A stretch of DNA of 64,000 nt from Mobula hypostoma (Eukaryota): the NCBI RefSeq assembly GCF_963921235.1, contig NC_086097.1, positions 61,196,001 through 61,260,000 of the forward strand, read 5' to 3'. The stretch's first letter is position 1. The number at the start of each line of letters is the position of its first letter. Below are positions 1 to 10,656 of this stretch, in pieces. A model generated the notes under the pieces. The model saw nothing but the letters and a program-made list of their open reading frames with translations, was not told the DNA's origin and searched no databases. The position numbers were made by a program, and so were the translations under genes.

Positions 1-426
1 GTCAACAAATACACTCAAAAACTTGTATAGATGTACCGTGGAGAGCATTCTGACAGGGTTCATCACTGTCTGGTATGGGAGGACTACTGCACAGGACCGA
101 AAGAAGCTGCAGAAAGTTGTAAATTTAGTGGGCTCCATCTTGGGTACTAGCCTACAAAGTGCCCAGGACATCTTCAAGGAGCAGTGACTCAGAAAGGCAG
201 CGTCTATTATTAAGCACCTACAGCACCCAGAGCATGCCCGTTTCTCACTGTTACCATCTGGATGGACGTACAGAAGCTAGAAAGCACACACTCAGCAATT
301 CAGGAACACTTCTTCCCCTCTGCCATCAGATTCCTAAATAGACATTGAACCCTTGAACACTACCTCACTTTTCAAATTTATATTATTTCTGTTTTCTGCA
401 CAATTTTTAATCTATTCAATACATGT

Positions 427-1289
427 TGTTACGAGAATACACATAAAATTAAGATGTTTGCTGGCCTGGGCTAGCATCAGTGGCATCAGCGGTTGGTCTG
501 CCACCTGCCCTCAGGGGAAGGAGAGATAAGCAACAGTGGAGCAGCGTCTGGAGATGTGTGGTGAGGGGACGTGGGAGAGAGAGCTGTCTGGAGCGGCTCC
601 CCCTTTGAACCCTGAACTGTTTGAAGTGATGGACAGGCGATACCCCAGCAGGGGGATAAAAAGGGACAGGTTCGCTAAGGCGGGGACACACGCCACCCGA
701 GGTAACGAGACCCTGGAAGCGGTGCGCCTCTCACGAGTGGGTGAGAAGTACCAGACAACGACAAGGGTGGAAAGGTACGATCAGCGGGAACCCGGTGTGT
801 GTCCGCCCTTGCCTGGGTGCCGGGTTCACTGCAGAGGATCGACCGCATCTGGAGGGGGGGGTCACAGTCGGTGACCTCAGGTGACATCACCAAGGACCTG
901 CCCAAAAGCTGTTTTGTGAGCCATCTCGCTGGTCTGTGAGCCATCTTGCTGGTCTGTGAGTGAAGCCGTTCTGAATGATGAGTTGTTCCTGTTCTATGTC
1001 TCTCTTCCCCCACGTTGTCCATCGCCATGGCAACGATTACTGCGAACTGAACTTTGAGTCATTTTGAAATTGGTCATTTACCCCTAGACAACGATAGAGC
1101 TTGATTGATGCTGTTATCTTAATTCTGTGCACATGTATGGTTATCATTGTTGAATTGTTGCATTTATTATCCTTTCGATTACTGTGTTGCTTGTTTCTTT
1201 AATAAAACTTTCTTAGTTCTAGTACTCCAGACTCCAACTGAGTGATCCATTTCTGCTGGTTTGGCAACCCAGTTACGGGGTACGTAACA
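427..1289 (+). repeat. 5' LTR
   Basis: Direct repeat of 4435-5300 with TGTTACG/CGTAACA inverted termini. AATAAA at 1201; internal 20-bp tandem repeat TGTGAGCCATCTYGCTGGTC near 915-960. Confidence 0.95.
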
Positions 1290-1293
1290 TAAG

Positions 1294-1311
1294 TGGGGGC
1301 TCGTCCGGGAT
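1294..1311 (+). promoter_or_regulatory. Primer-binding site, tRNA-Pro
   Basis: TGGGGGCTCGTCCGGGAT is the 18-nt complement of the tRNA-Pro 3' end, 4 nt after the LTR. Confidence 0.93.
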
Positions 1312-1387
1312 TTTGAATGCTAAATTTGGGACGGAGTAAATTGATTGGGTTAAAATTCCCGAAAGAAAGAAAAGACAAACAGCAGAA

Positions 1388-3463
1388 ATGGAGGTTGAGG
1401 AATTTATAAAGGCGCCGACCTTGGAGGCATTAGAGGATGCCAGGAAATCGGAATTGATAGCTGTGGCCAAACGGGTGAATCTTGCTAAGGTGAAGTCGAC
1501 AATGAGGAGAGAGGAGATACACAGAGCTATTGTAGAGCACTATGTATCTAAAGGTGTGTTTCCCCAAGGTGAGCTGGGGGAGGTGTCTATTGAAAAACCT
1601 GCTGGAGACGCGGTACAGGTACAGCTTGAAAAACTGAGACTCGAGCACGAGTTCCGGGTACGGCAGTTAGAACACGAAGAGAGACGGTTAGAAAGGCAGG
1701 AGAGAGAGTTAGAAAGGCGGGAGAAAGAGAAAGAGGTAGAAAGGCAAGAGAGAGAAAGACAGTTGGAGAGAGAGGAGAAACAGAGGGAAAGGGAATTTGA
1801 GCTGCAGAAGTTAAAGATAAGGGCCGAGCAGGGGCTCGTGCCGAACCAAGGTGGAGGGTTCCGGGCGACCCAGGAGGTTAGGCTAGTTCCCCCATTTGAT
1901 GATACCGACGTGGATCGGTACTTCCTCCACTTCGAAAAAGTGGCTATAAGTCAGGACTGGCCGAGGGATAAGTGGGTTGTTTTACTTCAGAGTGTACTGA
2001 AAGGGAAGGCCCAAGAAGCTTACTCAGCTTTGTCCGCGGAAGATGCCCAGAGGTATGAGGTGGTGAAAGAGGCCATCCTCAGGATTTATGAGTTGGTCCC
2101 GGAGGCATACCGGCAGAGGTTCCGGAATGCGAGGAAGCAGTGGGACCGCACGTATTTGGAGTTTGCTCGTGAGATGCAAACATATTGTGAGCGTTGGTGC
2201 GCCTCGAAAGGGGTAGAGGGGGATTATGACAGACTGCTGCAGCTGATTCTGATTGAGCAGTTTAAAGGTTGTGTCCCTGAGGGTATGAGACCCTACCTCG
2301 ATGAGAAAGAGGCAGCCACGTTAGCCGCAACTGCTAAGTTAGCGGATGAGTATGCGTTGACGCATAAAATGAAGTTTGCCCCGAGTAAAGGCTACCAGAA
2401 GGGTAGTCAGGACGGAGGGGAGAGTCCGCCGGAAAAGTCAGAAAGTAAGCCGGGGACTAGTGAAAAGGATAGGGTAGACCGGGAGCAGTCTGGTAGGAAG
2501 TCTCCTGGGGTCGTCTGTTATAATTGTGGGAAAGTCGGACACTTTGCGTCCAGGTGCTTTGCCCCAAGGAAGGAGACGGGGAAAGGAAAAGCGGAAATTT
2601 GGAATGGCTGTATCGAGCTGTTAAGCGAACCGCTAGGGAAGGACAGGTCTGAAAAAGTCCAGGAAGGGCGCGAGAGGTTTATCTCGGCCGGACTGGTGTC
2701 AGTGAAGGAGGGGTTAAAACCAGTTCCAGTGCGGATCTGGAGAGACACGGGAGCGTGTCAGTCACTAATATTGAAGAGTGTATTAGAGTTTAGCTCAGAG
2801 ACCCAGACTGGGGAGGAAGAGGTCAAAGGTGTTGGGGCAGGGACAGAGTCAGTCCCTGTGCACCAGATACACTTACAGAGCAACCTGGTCTCTGGACTAG
2901 TCACGATCGGGGTGAGGTCCGAATTACCGATGAAAGACGTGGAAGTCTTGCTCGGTAATGACATCGTCGGAGGAATTGTGTTCCCAGTCGTGAGATTGAC
3001 GGGTCAGCCTGCCAGCATTGAGGCCCGGCCCATGGACTCACAGGTTCATCGTGGGCCCCCGATGGTGAATTTGGCTGAAACATTTCTGCCAACCTTGTAT
3101 GAGACAGGGTGTAGTGAGATAAGAGGTAGTGAGGGAGCTGGGACAGACGTGGCAGTAGCCAGGAAAGAATTTGTGCAGACGCAGGAGCGAGACGAGGGGC
3201 TGATGGTTTTGGCAGAGACCGCTCTCTCTGACACAGCCTTGACAAGCTATTGTGCGGAGGAGGAAGTGCTAAGGAAGAAAGGGAAATCAAGTACAGTACC
3301 CGCAGATGAGGAATGGGGGGTGGTGCAAAAGAGTTATGGGGATGAGGTTTTTAACATGGCCCACGAAGTACCCCCCGGTGGACATTTTGCGGTGCTGGAG
3401 GAAACAGTTGGTGGAATCATGAAAGAGATTTACCGGCTGCCCAGGGAAAAAAAATGTTATTGA
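1388..3463 (+). CDS. gag: Gag (coiled coil, SCAN-like capsid, CCHC knuckle)-aspartic protease with degenerate integrase Zn-finger start, 691 aa
   Basis: ELVPEAYRQRFR...LILIEQF (SCAN-like), CYNCGKVGHFASRC, WRDTGACQSLI...LLGND (protease), AHEVPPGGHF (integrase HH). Confidence 0.9.
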   Translation: MEVEEFIKAPTLEALEDARKSELIAVAKRVNLAKVKSTMRREEIHRAIVEHYVSKGVFPQGELGEVSIEKPAGDAVQVQLEKLRLEHEFRVRQLEHEERRLERQERELERREKEKEVERQERERQLEREEKQREREFELQKLKIRAEQGLVPNQGGGFRATQEVRLVPPFDDTDVDRYFLHFEKVAISQDWPRDKWVVLLQSVLKGKAQEAYSALSAEDAQRYEVVKEAILRIYELVPEAYRQRFRNARKQWDRTYLEFAREMQTYCERWCASKGVEGDYDRLLQLILIEQFKGCVPEGMRPYLDEKEAATLAATAKLADEYALTHKMKFAPSKGYQKGSQDGGESPPEKSESKPGTSEKDRVDREQSGRKSPGVVCYNCGKVGHFASRCFAPRKETGKGKAEIWNGCIELLSEPLGKDRSEKVQEGRERFISAGLVSVKEGLKPVPVRIWRDTGACQSLILKSVLEFSSETQTGEEEVKGVGAGTESVPVHQIHLQSNLVSGLVTIGVRSELPMKDVEVLLGNDIVGGIVFPVVRLTGQPASIEARPMDSQVHRGPPMVNLAETFLPTLYETGCSEIRGSEGAGTDVAVARKEFVQTQERDEGLMVLAETALSDTALTSYCAEEEVLRKKGKSSTVPADEEWGVVQKSYGDEVFNMAHEVPPGGHFAVLEETVGGIMKEIYRLPREKKCY

Positions 3464-3503
3464 TCATGACCGACGCGAACTGAGACGGTCACCGGCTTTT
3501 GAT

Positions 3504-4262
3504 ATGCTAACAAACCTAGTCGGTGTTAGCGTGGAAATCAATGAAGCTAGGGGCCCCCTGATAAGAGAAAAGAACCATTTTGAAAAGATTAGGATGGGAT
3601 CGGTCAGATGGGAGAAGGCTATTGTTTTGGCCAGGTCTACTGATAAGGTCTCTCCCTTAATCCCCGAACAAAGCGAATCTTTAGAAGGAGTAATTAAACG
3701 ACTCGCACCTATGTGTTTGATTGTCCCGAGGAAATGCAAAGAACTGGGACGTTGGGTTATGTCTGTTACAATAGGGCAGCCCAGTAAAGAACACTCATAT
3801 ATATTGAGTAATTCAGTGACTAAAGGGCTGATGACCACAGAGGTGTGTATTGGCAATTTAATACGGCTGTCTGAAGCCAGCTTGATAGTGAACCTTGAAA
3901 AAAATGAATTCGGCCACACGAGGGTCACTTACCTGGAAATTGTGGTGACACAGGGGCAGCTGGCAGCGATGCAAGCTACAGTGCAGGCTATCGCTGACCT
4001 CCCAACCCCGATAGACAAGAGGGCCCTCAGAAGGCTTTTGGAGATGGTGGGGTACTGCAGGAAGTTTTGCAATAACTCTGCGGTCAATACCCGTTCCCCT
4101 CCTACTAAGCCCTTGCGAGAGAAAACTGAGTCGGAATGGGACAACCCTTGTTGTTGTGGTCCGGGACAAAACAAAATGAGAGGGTACATTGGTCGCAATT
4201 CATCAGTATTTTTGGCCACTATGAAGTTTGCTGAGTTGGAGCCTGGTCTAAGGGATTATTAA
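3504..4262 (+). CDS. Degenerate pol remnant (RT C-terminal/thumb region, no YxDD); probably the continuation of the gag ORF
   Basis: LSEASLIVNLEKNEFGHTRVTYL...AIADLPTPIDKRALRRLLEMVGYCRKFC resembles the Gypsy RT C-terminus. The frame is open upstream to the A8 run at 3447-3454. Confidence 0.7.
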   Translation: MLTNLVGVSVEINEARGPLIREKNHFEKIRMGSVRWEKAIVLARSTDKVSPLIPEQSESLEGVIKRLAPMCLIVPRKCKELGRWVMSVTIGQPSKEHSYILSNSVTKGLMTTEVCIGNLIRLSEASLIVNLEKNEFGHTRVTYLEIVVTQGQLAAMQATVQAIADLPTPIDKRALRRLLEMVGYCRKFCNNSAVNTRSPPTKPLREKTESEWDNPCCCGPGQNKMRGYIGRNSSVFLATMKFAELEPGLRDY

Positions 4263-4422
4263 TAACACGTGTAAAAGGAACAGAAAATGTGATGACTGTC
4301 TGTCAAGGTGTTGACAGCTTCAAATTCTCTGTATTAGCTAAATAACTGTTAAAGATATATATTGTGTATGTATCAGATAATGTAGTCATGTTTGTAATTT
4401 TTACCTCCCGGTAAAAATCCTT

Positions 4423-4434
4423 AAAGGGGGGAAG
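4423..4434 (+). promoter_or_regulatory. Polypurine tract
   Basis: AAAGGGGGGAAG immediately before the 3' LTR. Confidence 0.85.
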
Positions 4435-5300
4435 TGTTACGAGAATACACATAAAATTAAGATGTTTGCTGGCCTGGGCTAGCATCAGTGGCATCAGCGG
4501 TTGGTCTGCCACCTGCCCTCAGGGGAAGGAGAGATAAGCAACAGTGGAGCAGCGTCTGGAGATGTGTGGTGAGGGGACGTGGGAGAGAGAGCTGTCTGGA
4601 GCGGCTCCCCCTTTGAACCCTGAACTGTTTGAAGTGATGGACAGGCGATGCCCCAGCAGGGGGATAAAAAGGGACAGGTTCGCTAAGACGGGGACACACG
4701 CCACCCGAGGTAACGAGACCCTGGAAGCGGTGCGCCTCTCACGAGTGGGTGAGAAGTACCAGACAACGACAAGGGTGGAAAGGTACGATCAGCGGGAACC
4801 CGGTGTGTGTCCGCCCTTGCCTGGGTGCCGGGTTCACTGCAGAGGATCGACCGCATCTGGAGGAGGGGTCACAGTCGGTGACCTCAGGTGACATCACCAA
4901 GGACCCGCCCAAAAGCTGTTTGTGAGCCATCTCGCTGGTCTGTGAGCCATCTCGCTGGTCTGTGAGTGAAGCAGTGTTCTGAATGATCAGTTGTCCCTGT
5001 TCTCTCTGTCTCTCTTCCCCCACGTTGTCCATCGCCATGGCAACGATTACTGCGAACTGAACTTTGAGTCATTTTGAAATTTGGTCATTTACCCCTAGAC
5101 AACGATAGAGCTTGATTGATGCTGTTATTTTAATTCTGTGCACATGTGTGTTTATCATCGCTGAACTGTTGCATTTATTATCCTTTCGATTACTGTGTTG
5201 CTTGTTTCTTTAATAAAACTTTCTTAGTTCTAGTACTCCAGACTCCAACTGAGTGATCCATTTCTGCTGGTTTGGCAACCCAGTTACGGGGTACGTAACA
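4435..5300 (+). repeat. 3' LTR
   Basis: Direct repeat of 427-1289. Confidence 0.95.
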
Positions 5301-6809
5301 ATGTATACTGTAATTGATTTACTTATTTATTATTATTATTTTTATTTTTTCCTTCTATATTACATATTGTATTGAACTGCTGCTGCTAAGTTAACAAATT
5401 TCATGACACATGCCGGTGATAATAAACCTGATTCTGAGTCAGATTACCACTCTCGTTATCCAGAGGACCAAATTTGTCCCTTGCTATCCTTTTGCTCTTA
5501 ATATAATATTGGACACCCTAAGGACTTTCCTTTATCTTGTTTGCTCGAGCGACCTGAAGCCTTACCTTAGCCCTCCTGACTTCCTTCTTAAATGCTGTCT
5601 TGCATCTTTTATACTCGTCAAGTATCTCATTTGTTCTACCCGCCTATACCTGCTATGCATTACCTTTTCATGTTTCTGTCCATGAACTAAACTTCAGCTC
5701 ATGTGAATACATCATTCCCAGTCCCACTTTCCCTACTGGTGTTTATAACCTATTTTGTGGCACTGTAAAGCACGTTGGATGTCCCAAGCAAAGAGCTCGT
5801 CAACACTTCGAGTTGATCAGGATCGGGATGTCAGGTTCTGACCTAAAACATCATCTGTGCTGCCTGCTGCAGGTAAGTTCCTCCAACAGTAAGATTTTTT
5901 TTTGCTTGAAAGAGTATTTTCCGACCCTTGGAGTATTTTTAAGATGTATATAAATGTAACTTCTTCTGTATAAACAACAATAAGAGGTTATGTTGTGAGG
6001 GAGTTTAGGAGGTGGGGTTCATGCATTTCTTCTGAGGTGAGAAACCAGGTCTTGCTCTGAAGGCAGTGTCTCTGTATCATGGCAAGTAAGAATGAGGGAT
6101 AACATGTTAATTATTTCACCTCCTGCTATGCTGGAAAGTTTGGTTCTGAAATTCACTCTTGTGTATCATGCATTATCTCTAACTGCTAAAGTTATCTGTT
6201 TAATAATGCATTAAGACAAGTGGCAGCTTTCCAACAGAAAATGCACTTCCTGCTATCTAGCTTCAGATTTCCAAAAAAAAATTCCCAGGTTTGCATAAAT
6301 TTAGGGAGTTTGATACTTATGTAGGTAGGAAAACCATTGAATTAATTGGAAGCATGTGGTGAGTCTGAGGTTTCTATAATAGAAATCAAGACACCATATT
6401 GTGCAAGAAGAACATTTCTTCTTTGATTAAGTAAATGGCCGTGTGAAAAGTTGCAGCCTATGGGATTTGTTCCTTACTCTTTCAGAAATTAGAAATTAAT
6501 TTTCCAGAATTTAGCTGAAATTTGCTGAGGTTTTCATTCTGCTTGTTTTTTTTTAATCTCCTTTATCTAATGAGTTTGGCAGTGAAACAGACTTTACAAG
6601 AGGGGTGTGTTAATGATCAGAAGGATCTGAGTAAACACAAACCTCAAAGTAAGCAATACCAACAGAAGTAGAGGTTACGAACTGCCAGTACTTAAAGTGT
6701 AAATCTGATTAAGGACAGAACATGGGTTATTAAAATAATACAGTAGAACATAATGTTTTTTTTCCATGACTCTGGGTGAACAAAGAAAAGCTTAAAATGA
6801 ACTGAGAAT

Positions 6810-7235
6810 AATCAGAATTAGGTTTCTTTTAACTGGCATATGATGTGAAATGTGTTTGTCTTGTGGCAGCAATACCTTGTAATACACAAAAAATAACACT
6901 ACAATAGAAAATATCAAAAATTAAGTAAGTAGTGCCAAATAAGACAGCAACAAATGAGGTAGTGTCGATGGGTTCATGGTCTATTCAGATGATGGAGGGA
7001 AGAAGTTATTCCTTAAGTATTGAGTGAGTGAATTCAGGCTCTTGTCCCTCCTCCCTGATGGTAACAACGAAAAGGAAGGTTGTCCTGGGTCCTTAAGAAT
7101 GATGCCACTGCCTTGAGGCTTTGCCTTTTGAAGATGTCCTCAATGTTGGGGAGGCCTGTGCTCATTATGGAGCTGACTGAGTTTACAATCCTCTGCAGTT
7201 TGTTCTGATCTTGTGTATCGGCGACTCCATATCAA
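6810..7235 (-). mobile_element. Rex1/Babar-like LINE 3' fragment
   Basis: TCAGAATTAGGTTT tail, then degenerate C-terminal coding sequence similar to the reverse complement of 100-300. Confidence 0.55.
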
Positions 7236-8479
7236 ATAATTTAAAAGGACAGTTGGAAAATATATGATCCAATAGTGTCTAATATTAATATTGTCAAAAG
7301 GTGATTGTCAACAGTTAATTTTCAAATACGTTCAAAAGAAGGCCGAGAAGGCGTAAGTAACAATGGGTAACCTAAAGCTTCATTTTGTGAATGCCGCGTC
7401 TTTGCCTATGAAGAATAGAAACTTAAAGGAACTACAACTGTTAATGAGAATATGAGAAAGGGAAAAAACAGTGGAATAAGTTGCAAGCAATATTCAATAC
7501 TTTACTAATCACCAGTACAATAGTAAGATGCAGTAAATTCCAATAAGTTCATTAGGGATGTTTGAGATCTGTGGAGATACTCAGGCCATTGGGGCTTTCA
7601 GCCGTCGCAATGATATCTAGATACTGTAATGTAATCTACTACTTATAATAACATCTCAGCACAGTAAGTGTTATCAGAATTATGTCTTTGGATTTAGATG
7701 CCAGAGTGTTGTTTGGAGCAGGAGCGATATCTTCACACTATAAGAATGTCTAGGGTACAGAAACAAATACATATTATAGGTGCTTTAATGATATCCAGTG
7801 TTGCTATGATAATCAGAAATGTGATGTTATCTAGGCCTACAGTAATATCTGTGGCTTCAATGCTATCTAGGATTATAGTTCTGGTTAGGTACTTCAGTAA
7901 TATCCAGGTGGAGTGCAGTATTATTAAGGTAGTGTTATGATTACGAGGACTGTTTTGCTATCCTGGACGGTAATGACACTTGTGTGCTTCAGTAATTACT
8001 GAAATGGTATTAACTGGAATACCAACATGTGTTACTGCAGGGCTGTACCAATTGCCAATTCCATAGTAAGGGCCAGCAAGCTCCCAAAAGTGCAGCGAAC
8101 AAGAATAATTCTTTTTCTGCTGAAAGCCCGGGGCATTCTTATGACTACAATTGAAAGTAGGCTGTCCATTTGCTTATTCAGACCTATAGCCCACTGGGAT
8201 CCAGCAGCTGAGTGAGTTTTTATGTTTAGAGATTACAATATTTTGGCCATATTTCTTGCTAGTTTTGCTCAAATAGTCGGCACAAAAATACTGCAAAACA
8301 GATGAGAGCAGAATATTGAGGATCATTGGCAAAGAACAGTGTGAAATGGCAGAAAGAGAAACGAGTGATCTTAAGACTCAGGATGTAATACTTGGATCAC
8401 ATGTATTGGATTTTAGTTTACTGGGGGTGTACTGTTGGTATTTAGAACAGTGTCTTGCACAGACAAAACACTTGAAGCA

Positions 8480-8876
8480 CTGTTGAGGATCCCTACCACC
8501 CGTCCCACAATCTATTTGATCCACTGCCATCAGGGGAAAGGTACAGAAGCATCAGCATTAGGACTAACAGACTGGGTAAGAGCATGTTCCCCCAGACTAT
8601 AGGACTAATGAATGCCTGCCAGCACTGAGTTCTTGTCACGAGGACAGTGAGCTGCTCACTGTTTAATGTACATTTTACTGTTTGCATTTTACCAGTGCAC
8701 TGTTTCCACTTTGAAGTACATCTTATTAACTGACCTGTGGTATCATTTTGTTTTATGTACTGTGTGTGATATATGTTTTGTGGGGGCACCATGGTCTGGA
8801 GGAATGTTGTTTCATTTGGCTTTAAACATCTGCAGCCAGATGGCAATAAACCTGATATTCAACTTGAACTTGAACT
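8480..8876 (+). mobile_element. Rex1/Babar-like LINE 3' end
   Basis: DPYHPSHNLFDPLPSGERYRSI motif, AATAAA and an (AACTTG)n tail. Confidence 0.65.
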
Positions 8877-9531
8877 GGTTCAGTGACCCATGTTCTCAGT
8901 TGACGAGACTTCTTAGTGGCAGTAGAAGACTATAACATTCGATTTCTTAGGACATAAACAGTATAGTCGAGATTTGTTATAGGCCTTTTCAATGAAAAAT
9001 CTGTAGATCTGTCTGTATCTGCCCAATATGGGGCCTTCAAATTGGGTAGGCTTTCCTGAATGTTAAGGAAAGAGAGCTTGACATTGAATGGACTGTCTCC
9101 AGGAAGTTCCAGCTTCATTCTTTAAAGCATATTCACATTTATAGTATTAATCCAGCGAGCACTCCCATCACATGTTTATCAATCCCCAATCACCCTCACA
9201 GAATCCTTTTCCTTACCCAAATATTTCCCTGACAGCTCCCTCTGATACTTGTGTCTGAATCTTATTCCCCATATTTACTTCCTTGCAAAATGCTCTGCAC
9301 TGATGCATTCCATCTTCTGTATTTCTCTCCATCCATCTCTGTAATACCCTCTGTATACATTTGCACTGCCCTCCAATCTGCAGTCCAAACTACTTCTCAA
9401 GTAAACTCAGAGCACTCTTTTAACAAATATTGCCACAGGACTCAATGCTTCAGTTAAGACTTCACTGCAAAACACTTTTGTATAAGTGACATCAAATCAT
9501 TGCAATGCATTCTTTTTGACCCTAGTTATGT

Positions 9532-9925
9532 ACATATAAGATAATATGATCTAGGAATAGAATTAAGCTATTCAGATGGGTTCTGCTCCATTATAGCTGA
9601 TCTATTATCCCTTTCAACCACATTCTCCTGCCTGCTCCTCATAACCTTTGACACCCTGATTGATCATACACCTATCAACCTCTGCCTTAAATATACCCAA
9701 AGATTTTGCCTTCACAGTCATTTGGGGCAAAGAATTGTACAAATTCACCACCCTCTGGCTGAAGAAATTTTTCCTCATCTCTGTTCTAAATGGATGCCCT
9801 TCAATTCTGTGACTGTGCCATCTTGTCCTAGACTTATCCAGTATAGGAAATATCCTCTCCACATCATCTCTATCCAGACCTTTCAATATTCAATAGGTTT
9901 CAATGAGATTCCCTCTCATTCTTCT
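9532..9925 (-). mobile_element. CR1 LINE 3' fragment
   Basis: ORF 9614-9886 (RTRWHS...KNFFSQRVVNLYNSLP) matches the CR1 ORF2 C-terminus. Confidence 0.8.
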
Positions 9926-10656
9926 TAAGTGTGTTAAAAACCTAAGGGATCCAGAACAAGTGTGTAGGAGTGCATTACCAAACATTGTATATTGTACAAA
10001 ATATTGTAAAACATGAAAGAACTTCCTGAGCACTGGACATATCTACACAATAAACTACTGAACTAGAAGATTTATTGAAAAACTCCTTAAAAAGCATGGC
10101 AATTTAAAAATGTCTGTTGTGAATAAAAGCTATAATAATACAGGCATAATTACTCAAAGTATATATTTTCAATACGTTATTCTCCTTTATTTTAAAGCTG
10201 CATTCTGGATGGCCGTAGCAAAAGATCTAGAGTGCACATGCAGCTGGGATCCAAACTATAGGCTGGGTGTGAGTTTGGAACTGGAAGTGGGGTCTGTAAC
10301 ATTAGGGGTCAAGAACAAATCTGTTGGAATTCTTTGAAGAAATAACAGGCAGGACTGACAAAGGAGAGTCAGTGAATGTTGTTTACTTGGATTTTCAGAA
10401 GATCTTTGAGAAGCTGATGCACAGAAGGCTTGTTAGATACAACTGTTTAATTTTAGTTGTCATTTTCTTTGCAGTAATGCAATCAATTATCTGATTGTAT
10501 TTTAGGTAGACTTTTTATACATAACATTCTAATATGCCTTTACTGTAATTCTGGAAGCTTCTTAGCTTCTTTGTCCTTTCATTTTCTCACTGGTTAACTG
10601 TCTACTGCAGTATTAAATAAGTATTTTCTTATTTGTGGCATTTTTCTTGTCTGCAT

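Larger units (their letters stand above)
427..5300 (+). mobile_element. Non-autonomous Gmr1-like Ty3/Gypsy LTR retrotransposon, structurally complete
   Basis: Two ~865-bp LTRs (TGTTACG...CGTAACA), 4-bp TSD ATGT (423-426, 5301-5304), PBS and PPT. Domain order is Gag-PR-IN remnant-RT remnant. Confidence 0.93.
1..5438 (+). mobile_element. Rex1/Babar-like LINE 3' fragment (1-426 + 5305-5438), split by the LTR element
   Basis: Start translates as STNTLKNLYRCTVESILTGFITVWYG (Rex1/Babar C-terminal region). The 3' UTR resumes after 5304 and ends AATAAACCTGATTCTGA. Confidence 0.75.

Noticed and set aside
449..1028. ORFs of 60-117 aa inside the LTRs (also 4457-5072 and 11243-12055)
   Set aside because: They recur only because the LTR recurs. 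They have no recognisable domain, and their frames are broken differently between copies.
3443..3454. Programmed -1 frameshift at GGGAAAAAAAA
   Set aside because: The downstream ORF is in the +1 frame and the site is inside the integrase remnant. A homopolymer indel or sequencing error is simpler.
5822..5905. Hammerhead-like GATGTCAGGTTCTGACCTAAAACATCA
   Set aside because: Probably a very old PLE terminus; both catalytic cores are mutated.
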